Below, piece by piece: positions 19,898 through 27,909 of a DNA stretch of 58,923 nucleotides; position 1 is the stretch's first letter, and each line of letters starts with the position of its first letter. Where the stretch lies: positions 1-58,923 of the forward strand of contig CAMNGH010000001.1 of the NCBI GenBank assembly GCA_946538065.1, given 5' to 3'. A program made the position numbers and the translations under genes. Source of the DNA: an uncultured Holosporaceae bacterium (GTDB taxonomy: Bacteria; Pseudomonadota; Alphaproteobacteria; UBA3830). The notes under the pieces are model-generated. The model had not been told where the DNA came from, searched no databases, and worked only from the letters and a program-made list of their open reading frames with translations.

Positions 19898-21031
19898 TTA
19901 GAGCTCCGTTTCTTTTATTGCATATTCTCTTCGGTCTTCTTTTATTCCGGCCAAAGAAACCTTTCCTGCATTTTCATAACACTTTCCCTGCAACGCCTTA
20001 TTATTTCTAAACAACTCGTACTCTTCAAAAGAAATTTCAGCACGATTGCTCAGCATATTTTTATTCGCTTGAGACATAAGCATACTTTTATATTCATCTG
20101 CGACAATCAAACTGAAATATTCCGCGACGCTACCAGAACCATAACTAAACATACCAATCCTTTTTCCGCTCATATCCTCCGCTGTATTATCCAACAAAGA
20201 TATCAAGCAAATATACAAAGATGCAGAACAACTATTTCCGATAATCGCGTTATATATTAGTGAATTGTCTATTGATTTTTCGCCGAAAAGTTGTTTGTTC
20301 GCTTTGCGAGCCATCTTACAAAACGGAGAATGAAAGCAAGCATAATCTATATTATCTATCGTCAACTTTGACATCTGTAAGTATCGATTAAAACAGATAT
20401 CCATCGACTTAAGATAATTATGTGCCGACAATTTTCCGTCAAAAATTGCTTCCGTTGCATAAGTCGGTCGCCAAAAATCCATAATATCCGTAGAATAAAT
20501 TCCAGAATACGGTTCAAACTCGGCAATTCTCGGATTTTTTGAAACAACTATTGCAACAGCGGCTCCACCTTGCGTTGGTTCTCCTGATGTGTTTTTAGAA
20601 TATTTTACAATGTCCGAACCAATAACTAATACTTTTGAATTCGGATTGCCCGCTATATACGTCTTAGCTAATTGCAAAGCCGCAGTAACGGAATAGCATG
20701 CCTGTTTTAAATCGAAAATACGACAGTTATCAGATAATCCCAAAAAATGATGAACGTATATCCCTGCAGCCTTCGACAAATCAAATGAAGATTCAGTTGC
20801 AAATATTACCATATCAATTGAATTTCTATCATCTATTTTCGATAAAGATTTTTCAGCTGCATCAACGGCTATCGTTACTATATCTTCATTTGGAGGGAAA
20901 ACCGACATTTCTGTTTGTCCGATTCCGACACAATATTTAGCATAATCGACTCCGCGCTCTGCTGCTAAAGTTGATAATTTCAAAACATATTTTGATGTAG
21001 AAAATGCAATTGAATCTATTCCTATTTTCAT
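19898..21031 (-). CDS. mvaS: hydroxymethylglutaryl-CoA synthase (bacterial MvaS type)
   Basis: 377 aa. The N-terminus MKIGIDSIAFSTSKYVLKLSTLAAERGVDYAKYCVGIGQTEMSV, a catalytic-Cys context (DLKQACYSVTAAL) and a GSGSVAE motif are typical of bacterial HMG-CoA synthases. Confidence 0.88.
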   Translation of the reverse strand: MKIGIDSIAFSTSKYVLKLSTLAAERGVDYAKYCVGIGQTEMSVFPPNEDIVTIAVDAAEKSLSKIDDRNSIDMVIFATESSFDLSKAAGIYVHHFLGLSDNCRIFDLKQACYSVTAALQLAKTYIAGNPNSKVLVIGSDIVKYSKNTSGEPTQGGAAVAIVVSKNPRIAEFEPYSGIYSTDIMDFWRPTYATEAIFDGKLSAHNYLKSMDICFNRYLQMSKLTIDNIDYACFHSPFCKMARKANKQLFGEKSIDNSLIYNAIIGNSCSASLYICLISLLDNTAEDMSGKRIGMFSYGSGSVAEYFSLIVADEYKSMLMSQANKNMLSNRAEISFEEYELFRNNKALQGKCYENAGKVSLAGIKEDRREYAIKETEL

Positions 21032-22068
21032 TTGCTCTGCCTCTCTAATGCAATATGAGACTTCATTAATTCACCTTGATTCGTCTGTGCTGCCATAAGT
21101 GAAAGCTCCGAACACAACGTTGTTGTCCCGATAATCGCCGCTAATCTTTTAGCAGTTCCTTCCTCTGTTGGATTACAGCGCAATTGCTCCAAATTCCTCA
21201 AAGCAAAGTCAAAATGCTTCCCGTTACCTACAGTTCCTACGATAATATTCGGCATATTCACGGAAAAATACAAATCTCCGTTTCTTATTTCTGCAAAAGT
21301 TATTCCTTGTGACGCTTCAACTATATTCGCCGCATCCTGTCCTGTAGCTAAATACATAGCAAGAAGAATATTCGCATAATGTGCATTTGCCGTCCGAACA
21401 CCTCCCGACAAAATACTTCCGATTAGATTTTTCTTCACATTTAAATCGACAATTTTTTCCGGCGTCGTTTTCAGAACAGAATTACAAACTTCGCGAGAAA
21501 CAATCATTTCTGCCGAAACACGCTTCCCTCTTCCCAGGATTCCATTAACCACAGATGCTTTCTTATCCGTACAAAAATTACCGGATATAGAAACGTATTT
21601 CATATAAGGACATTGGGAAATAATCAATTTTAAAACTGCATCCATTGCCGCCGTCACCATATTGTGCCCTGCAGCATTCCCCGTCGTTATCGACAACCTT
21701 ATATACAATACATTTCCTACATTTTCTGCCCGAATTTCTTTAAATTTTGCAAAGTTACTTGTAGTGAGAACAATATTTGCGATATCGACTTGATGCTCTT
21801 CTATCCATTTTTTACAAAGCAACGCCAATTGCGAATTTTCAGCTTCAAGTATAGACGACCTGGACATTCCGTCATCTGAAACGGAAACTAAAACGCCATC
21901 CGTTTTTTGGGAAACTAGTGCGCCACGTTTTACAGAGCTCCATAATGGAGTTTCAAACGTCGCTAATGGGACTAAAATTTCCTCAGCCTTTCCATCGTAA
22001 ATCATTTTTATAAGACCAACATTCTTCGTCGGAATTACTGTAACAACGGACGTATCTTGAAAGTTCAT
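21028..22068 (-). CDS. hydroxymethylglutaryl-CoA reductase, short class-I-like, divergent motifs
   Basis: 346 aa. Class-I-like blocks are PLATFETPLWSS (cf. ATTEGCLVAS), SGNFCTDKKASVVNGILGRGKRV (cf. [21 protein letters not shown]), NAHYANILLAMYLATGQDAAN, VGTVGNGK and C-terminal MKSH. The 4-nt overlap (ATGA) with mvaS indicates an operon. Confidence 0.8.
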   Translation of the reverse strand: MNFQDTSVVTVIPTKNVGLIKMIYDGKAEEILVPLATFETPLWSSVKRGALVSQKTDGVLVSVSDDGMSRSSILEAENSQLALLCKKWIEEHQVDIANIVLTTSNFAKFKEIRAENVGNVLYIRLSITTGNAAGHNMVTAAMDAVLKLIISQCPYMKYVSISGNFCTDKKASVVNGILGRGKRVSAEMIVSREVCNSVLKTTPEKIVDLNVKKNLIGSILSGGVRTANAHYANILLAMYLATGQDAANIVEASQGITFAEIRNGDLYFSVNMPNIIVGTVGNGKHFDFALRNLEQLRCNPTEEGTAKRLAAIIGTTTLCSELSLMAAQTNQGELMKSHIALERQSK

Positions 22069-22146
22069 AATCTCTCACAATTACTTTGATAATATAGTAT
22101 ATATTGAATTCGTCGATAAAAACAGATGCTTACAGGATTTGTCTTT

Positions 22147-23415
22147 CTACAAAAAATCAGGCTTTGATTCCAACTGAATTTTTTTAGTTTCTTCACGCTC
22201 GACATAGTTAAAAGTCGCAACGTGATTACAGTAATCACATATAGATTTCCACTCCGACTCTTCTCTCCCGCACACAGAACATTGCCAAACGAAATTCACA
22301 CTCTTTGAATCAAGCGTTCGTGACAATATCTCCTTTGCAGATAACGGTTTTGGCTCTTTTAATTTTTCTGCGACATCCGTAAGTAATTCTGCGATGAAAT
22401 CGTATTGCTCTTTGCTGTATGCAACCAGCAAATTTTGAAATGCATTAAGATACATTTTTTCTTGCACTTCTATTTCTGCCAATCCGAAATACGCAATCCA
22501 AGATTCAGGAGCGACATATGTCAATTTTTCTGCTGATTGCATTTTATCTTTAATCGACAATTGCTCTCCACAATTAACATACTGTGCGAATAACTTGCGA
22601 GTAGGCGCAACTTCAAAAGTTTGCATGATTACTTTCTTAGCATCGCGATATTCTCTTTCTTTCTGCAAAATGCCGGCATAATGTAACGATATCTGTTCCA
22701 AATGCGGAGCGAGTTTAAACGCCTTCTTAGCCGCATTTTTATCGTCTGTATATAAACTTTCTTCGTACAAAATTACTGCATTCATTAAATCTCGGTCTGA
22801 AGATTTTTCCAAACGATTTGCATGCTTTTTTGCTTCCGAAAAATTTTTACTTTTTAATGCGATTGAAATCGCTTGCTTAATAAATTCTTCTGCTCTTGGC
22901 TGAACTTTCAAAACAGCATCCAACGCGTTCAAAGCGTCACTATTAGAACCATTTTTTATTGCTAATTGGCTTAAACTATACGCTCCAAATGCAGTATGTT
23001 TTTCCTTATCACATAGACTGTAAAAAATCGATTTCGCTCTATGCTCATCGCCGTTAATTAAATTAAACTGACCTTCGAGCCACGATATAATCGGAATATC
23101 TCCCAAGTATTTTTTTGCTCTTTTCAAACGCGTGGCGACAGCAGAAATATCTTTCAGTAATAGTGCAGAAAAGGCTTCTTGCAAACTTTCCAATCCCTTT
23201 TCATGATTCGGCGCACCTGCAAAAAATGATATTACTCTTTTAAAAATCCAAACAAAAAAATTATAGAGATAACAAAAAACGGCAAATATCGCTATCAAAA
23301 GCCACATCTGCACATCGGCTGTAAATCCGGCAATATTGACCGAAACTGAACCTTGCCAAAAGAAAGCCATTCCCATTAAAAATATAAGAATGACGAATTT
23401 TAAAAAAGCGAACAT
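22147..23415 (-). CDS. HemY_N/TPR-type membrane protein (heme-biosynthesis-associated, HemY-like) with C-terminal zinc ribbon
   Basis: 422 aa with two N-terminal TM helices followed by TPR-like repeats. The C-terminal CSVCG...CDYCNH CxxC pair matches the alphaproteobacterial HemY-like protein architecture. Confidence 0.7.
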   Translation of the reverse strand: MFAFLKFVILIFLMGMAFFWQGSVSVNIAGFTADVQMWLLIAIFAVFCYLYNFFVWIFKRVISFFAGAPNHEKGLESLQEAFSALLLKDISAVATRLKRAKKYLGDIPIISWLEGQFNLINGDEHRAKSIFYSLCDKEKHTAFGAYSLSQLAIKNGSNSDALNALDAVLKVQPRAEEFIKQAISIALKSKNFSEAKKHANRLEKSSDRDLMNAVILYEESLYTDDKNAAKKAFKLAPHLEQISLHYAGILQKEREYRDAKKVIMQTFEVAPTRKLFAQYVNCGEQLSIKDKMQSAEKLTYVAPESWIAYFGLAEIEVQEKMYLNAFQNLLVAYSKEQYDFIAELLTDVAEKLKEPKPLSAKEILSRTLDSKSVNFVWQCSVCGREESEWKSICDYCNHVATFNYVEREETKKIQLESKPDFL

Positions 23416-23416
23416 C

Positions 23417-23614
23417 CTACATCGCTAAATTCACAATAATATTATAAGCTGCTTTAACCTGATCCGCGCCATAAGCCAAGGTTTCTTTAATGTAATTAAT
23501 CGCCCACTGTGCCTGAGAAAAAATTCCCATATTATCTGTGAGATACGCTGCAGCGATTATCAGCACAATCACAAAAAGTATTTTCAATAAACTTTTTAAA
23601 CTTTTCATTTTCAT
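23417..23614 (-). CDS. small membrane protein, unknown function
   Basis: 65 aa with one N-terminal TM (ILFVIVLIIAAAYL). ATGA overlap with the upstream gene and a 1-nt gap to the HemY-like gene suggest real co-translation. Confidence 0.5.
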   Translation of the reverse strand: MKMKSLKSLLKILFVIVLIIAAAYLTDNMGIFSQAQWAINYIKETLAYGADQVKAAYNIIVNLAM

Positions 23615-24249
23615 TCTCCATTACATGGTGATGATAACACATAGCCAGATATCTCTGCCACCTTTTTTAAATCCACGCGCTTAAGTTTAATAAATTTGTC
23701 TACATACTTCCTTATATCCGCCGGAATAACATTTGCTTTTTTTTCTGAATCATTCAATAAATCATCGACTTTTTTCAACAATTCGCTATCCTCTGCAAAA
23801 ACCTCTTTAAATTGCTTCAATTCTGCATCAATAGCCTCTCCCGATTCCATCTTATTTTTGAGTGCTAACCAAACCTTCCATTTCGTTCTTAGCTTGGCAT
23901 TATCATGTTGAACTTGTCTTATCGTTTTGCATTCGTCTATATCTTTTTTCAATTCCGCAACTGTATTTTTCAATGACATCAGTTCCGTATTTGTCGTCTG
24001 ACGGCAGGCGTGCATTTTCTGTTCAACATCACCGTTACAATTTCGGCAAATCTTTTCGCACATAAAATAAGAAACCACACAGCAAATTATCAGTGTTACC
24101 ACTGCCGACAATATACAACACTTTCCGCAAGCCCCTGTCTGCTTCGTTTGTTTAGGTTCATTAGATTGTTCCGATTTCGGAGTAGTCTTTATCTCAGATT
24201 TTTTTGTCTCCGATTTAACCTTCTCTTCCGTCGTTTTTCTCTTCACCAT
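23611..24249 (-). CDS. membrane-anchored coiled-coil protein, possible reduced alpha-Mic60 (mitofilin-like) homologue
   Basis: 212 aa with a Lys-rich N-terminus, one TM (CCILSAVVTLIICCVVSYFMC), a Cys-rich stretch and a coiled coil. Starts 4 nt after the gatB stop with GGAG upstream, and lies immediately upstream of the HemY-like gene. Confidence 0.55.
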   Translation of the reverse strand: MVKRKTTEEKVKSETKKSEIKTTPKSEQSNEPKQTKQTGACGKCCILSAVVTLIICCVVSYFMCEKICRNCNGDVEQKMHACRQTTNTELMSLKNTVAELKKDIDECKTIRQVQHDNAKLRTKWKVWLALKNKMESGEAIDAELKQFKEVFAEDSELLKKVDDLLNDSEKKANVIPADIRKYVDKFIKLKRVDLKKVAEISGYVLSSPCNGE

Positions 24250-24253
24250 TTTT

Positions 24254-25726
24254 CTACTCCGCCAACAACTTTTTCAAAACATCATTTAACAATTGCGGAT
24301 TTGCTTTGCCTTGCGTTTTTTTCATGCCTTGTCCGACAAAGAATCCAAACAGCTTATCTTTTCCGCTTTTGTACTCTGCAACTTTATCCGCATTTTCTGC
24401 CAAAATCTCACGCAATGTTTTTTCGATTTCATCCGTAGATGTTATTTGCTTCCAACCTTTTTCATCAACTATGACAGTCGGAGACTTTTGCTCTTCCCAC
24501 ATCAACTCCAAAACATCTTTCGCGATTTTTCCCGAAATCACATTGGTTTTTATCAGCATTACCAATTCTGCTAACGCATCGGGACTTATACGACTGGAAG
24601 TAATATCTGCGCTGTTTTTATTCAGCAACGCGAACAACTCACCCAACATCCAATTGGAAAGCATTTTCGCAACAGACTTATCATTTGATTTCGTACTGCT
24701 TAACGCCTTCTCATAAAAATTCGCAATTTCGATTTCAGAAGCGATTAAATCAGCATCGTACTTCGGCAGTTCATAATCTTTCTGCAATCTGTTCGACTTT
24801 GCATCCGGCAACTCCGGAATTGTTTCGCGAATTGCGTCTATTCTCGACTGTTCCAACACCAACGTCGGCAAATCAGGATCAGGGAAATATCTGTAATCCT
24901 GTGCATCTTCCTTCGAACGCATTGTTCTCGTCTTTCCCGTTGAACTATCGAACAATCTCGTTTCCTGCTCGACCTCTCCGCCGTTCTCCAAAATTTCGAT
25001 TTGTCTTTCAATTTCGAAATTCACCGCCGTCGCCAAAAACTTTATTGAGTTCACGTTTTTAATTTCGGCACGTGTTCCGAACGGAGTATTCGGGCGGTGC
25101 ACCGACACGTTCACGTCCGCACGCATACTGCCCTCATCCATATTTCCGTCACACGTTTTTAGGTAACGCAAAATGGAACGCAATTTTCTCAGGAAAGTCG
25201 CAGCTTCTTCCGCCGTACGCATATCAGGCTTCGTCACAATTTCCATAAGAGCAATACCCGAACGATTTAAATCAATATACGTCTTCGTCGGACTTTGATC
25301 GTGAATACTCTTTCCCGCATCTTGTTCAACGTGAATGCGCTCGATATTTACTTTCTTCAAAGTTCCGTCCGCTTGCTCGACCTCGATATATCCGCCCGTT
25401 ACTATCGGATGGAAAAATTGCGAAATCTGATATCCCTGTGGCAAATCTGCATAGAAATAATTCTTACGGTCGAAACTTGAAACTTTGTTGATATTACCAT
25501 TTAAGCCAAGCCCCGTTTTTATCGCTTGATCAATACAGAAGCTGTTCAAAACAGGTAACACACCCGGCAACGCCGCATCCACAAACGACACGTTTTCATT
25601 TGGCGGAACTCCGAATTTCGTAGAGGCTGAAGAAAACAACTTCGACTCGGAAATTATCTGAGCGTGAACTTCCAAACCAATTACTACTTCCCACAATCCT
25701 GAAGATGTTTCAATAAAATTATCCAT
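24254..25726 (-). CDS. gatB: Asp-tRNA(Asn)/Glu-tRNA(Gln) amidotransferase subunit B
   Basis: WEVVIGLEVHAQI N-terminus, 490 aa, C-terminal GatB/YqeY domain. Confidence 0.96.
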   Translation of the reverse strand: MDNFIETSSGLWEVVIGLEVHAQIISESKLFSSASTKFGVPPNENVSFVDAALPGVLPVLNSFCIDQAIKTGLGLNGNINKVSSFDRKNYFYADLPQGYQISQFFHPIVTGGYIEVEQADGTLKKVNIERIHVEQDAGKSIHDQSPTKTYIDLNRSGIALMEIVTKPDMRTAEEAATFLRKLRSILRYLKTCDGNMDEGSMRADVNVSVHRPNTPFGTRAEIKNVNSIKFLATAVNFEIERQIEILENGGEVEQETRLFDSSTGKTRTMRSKEDAQDYRYFPDPDLPTLVLEQSRIDAIRETIPELPDAKSNRLQKDYELPKYDADLIASEIEIANFYEKALSSTKSNDKSVAKMLSNWMLGELFALLNKNSADITSSRISPDALAELVMLIKTNVISGKIAKDVLELMWEEQKSPTVIVDEKGWKQITSTDEIEKTLREILAENADKVAEYKSGKDKLFGFFVGQGMKKTQGKANPQLLNDVLKKLLAE

Positions 25727-27177
25727 TATCTTACCTCCTTTAATGTTGGGAAATTTGCCTCTGTTTCAATCACACTGCCGACCTGAATCAATAAATCTTC
25801 CCTGAAATGCGGCGCTATCAACTGCAGTCCGAGCGGACGCCCAGCCTTATCTAAGCAAACGGGTACCGACAATCCCGGCAGACCTGCGATATTCGCTGTC
25901 ACCGTAAAGACATCGTTCAAATACATCGTCACTGGATCTTTCGGCTCTTCACCAATTGCAAACGCTCCCGTCGGTGTAGTTGGCGTCAGCAAGACATCAA
26001 CATTTTTAAACGCATTCTCAAAGTCTTGCCTGATTAATTTTTGAATTTTCAACGCACGCATATAATATGCATCAAAATATCCTGCAGACAGAACATAAGT
26101 TCCGACGAGAATTCTGCGTTTGACCTCTTCGCCGAACCCCTCCCCTCTCGTATTTTCATACATTTCATTGAGGCTCTTCCCTTCCGCGCGATATCCGTAC
26201 CTGACACCGTCATATCTCGATAAGTTTGCGGAAGCCTCCGCAGGAGCAATAATGTAATATACCGGCAACGCATATTTTGAATACGGTAGCGACACATCAA
26301 CAATTTCCGCTCCCGCTTTTTTTAGGATTTCCGCGCCTTTATTCCAGCATTCGATGATTTCGTTCGACATACCGTCCACGCGAAACTCTTTCGGAATACC
26401 TATTTTCAACCCTTTTACGGATTTTCCCGCAAATTCCTCAAAATTAGGAACAGGGATATTCGCCGACGTCGAGTCCTTATCGTCATATCCGGAAATAACT
26501 TTCAGAAAAATCGCCGCATCTTTAACTGTTTTCGCCAAAGGTCCAGCCTGATCCAAAGACGACGCGAACGCAACCATTCCGTATCTCGAACATCTGCCGT
26601 AAGTCGGTTTTAATCCGACACAACCGACAAACGCCGCCGGCTGACGAATCGAACCGCCGGTATCAGACCCCGTCGCGGCAACACACAAATGACCTGCAAC
26701 AGCAGCTGCCGAACCGCCCGACGAACCGCCCGGGACTAACTTCTTCACCGTATCCCAAGGACTGATAACATTTCCGTAGTAGCTGGTGATATTCGCCGAT
26801 CCCATCGCGAACTCATCCATATTTGTTTTGCCGAGAAACACCGAACCCGCATCCAACAATTTTTGCGTCACGGTAGATTCATAAGGAGGAACGAAATTGT
26901 ACAGCATTTTCGAACCGGCTGTTGTACGCACTCCCTTTGTTAAAAACAAATCCTTTATCGCAAGAGGAATTCCTTCCAGCTCTCCCGCGTTTCCACTCGC
27001 AATTTTTTCATCTGATTTCTTTGCCGCCTCCAGCGCTTGCTCCGCGCACACGGTAATATAGGCGTTGAGATTACTGTATTTCTCTATTCTCTCGAGAAAA
27101 CATTTCGTTAACTCCACCGACGAAAATTTCTTACTGAGAAGAGCTTGTTTCGTATCAAAAAGCGACAATGTATGCAT
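25726..27177 (-). CDS. gatA: Asp-tRNA(Asn)/Glu-tRNA(Gln) amidotransferase subunit A
   Basis: Amidase signature ([27 protein letters not shown]), 483 aa. Stop overlaps the gatB start. Confidence 0.96.
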   Translation of the reverse strand: MHTLSLFDTKQALLSKKFSSVELTKCFLERIEKYSNLNAYITVCAEQALEAAKKSDEKIASGNAGELEGIPLAIKDLFLTKGVRTTAGSKMLYNFVPPYESTVTQKLLDAGSVFLGKTNMDEFAMGSANITSYYGNVISPWDTVKKLVPGGSSGGSAAAVAGHLCVAATGSDTGGSIRQPAAFVGCVGLKPTYGRCSRYGMVAFASSLDQAGPLAKTVKDAAIFLKVISGYDDKDSTSANIPVPNFEEFAGKSVKGLKIGIPKEFRVDGMSNEIIECWNKGAEILKKAGAEIVDVSLPYSKYALPVYYIIAPAEASANLSRYDGVRYGYRAEGKSLNEMYENTRGEGFGEEVKRRILVGTYVLSAGYFDAYYMRALKIQKLIRQDFENAFKNVDVLLTPTTPTGAFAIGEEPKDPVTMYLNDVFTVTANIAGLPGLSVPVCLDKAGRPLGLQLIAPHFREDLLIQVGSVIETEANFPTLKEVR

Positions 27178-27309
27178 ATAATTTCTCCGTACAACACCAA
27201 AGATTTGCAGGTATTTTAAACGACTATTAACAAAATTAAAAGATAAGTTTTTGAAGGAACGCTCACCTGAATAATTCCGTCCGAGGAAATTTTCGATGCG
27301 ACAGGTTCC

Positions 27310-27385
27310 GCAGATTTAACATTTCGTGTTAAAATTTATAACAGTTGATGTTAAAAATGAAATAAAGCTTATATTTCAATTGGTT
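27310..27385. repeat. ~76-bp intergenic direct repeat, copy A
   Basis: gcagatttaacatttcgtgttaaaatttataacagttgATGTTAAAAATGAAAT... matches 30399-30474 with about 5 mismatches; the first 38 nt are identical. Contains short palindromes TTAACAtttcgTGTTAA and AACAgttgaTGTT. Lies just 3' of the stop of the 168-aa gene. Confidence 0.85.
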
Positions 27386-27402
27386 GCGTAAGTTCTATTA
27401 TC

Positions 27403-27909
27403 TCATATCTTCTTGTCGTACTGTTTTGTTCTGCTGTTTTGCCCTTTTCCATTATTCCGATTTTCTTTATGACATTTGCAATCTCGATAAATGCATTCCC
27501 CGTTTTGTGTGGGCAGTATTTCCGGCGTGATATATTCCGCATCAAAATCGTACAGAAAAGCTAGCCGTTGCACTCGCTCGAAATACTTCATCTCCTTTGC
27601 CGGATTTTCCAGAATCAATACGACTTTGGCGCGCTTTCCCGTCATATTCTGATAATGCAACGCTTGTCCCACCGACTCGGCCCATTTGTTTGCAAAATCA
27701 AATTCGACCGCATGCGTATCCGTCAGACAATCCACCCGCGTATAATCATCGTTTATAAACTCTTCCTCACCGTTATGCTCCGCTGACCACGCATGCTGAT
27801 ACGACGACTCACTGTGTTCATGCGCCACACAACAGTTTGCCCAAGACAGAACCACAAAAACAACAGCCATTAAACTTTTCTGAAAAACATCTTTCATATA
27901 CAACCTCAT
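27403..27909 (-). CDS. secreted hypothetical protein (possible PD-(D/E)xK-like fold)
   Basis: 168 aa with a signal peptide (SLMAVVFVVLSWANCCVA). The conserved-looking core RVDCLTDTHAVEFDFANKWAESVGQALHY resembles uncharacterised proteobacterial periplasmic proteins. ATG at 27909 overlaps the upstream stop (TGATG); an alternative ATG at 27897 has GAGG upstream. Confidence 0.6.
   Translation of the reverse strand: MRLYMKDVFQKSLMAVVFVVLSWANCCVAHEHSESSYQHAWSAEHNGEEEFINDDYTRVDCLTDTHAVEFDFANKWAESVGQALHYQNMTGKRAKVVLILENPAKEMKYFERVQRLAFLYDFDAEYITPEILPTQNGECIYRDCKCHKENRNNGKGQNSRTKQYDKKI

Noticed and set aside
27178-27402. Search for gatC upstream of gatA
   Set aside because: No ORF of suitable size (~95 aa) in any frame. 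The region is occupied by the repeat element and AT-rich spacer, so gatC must be elsewhere.
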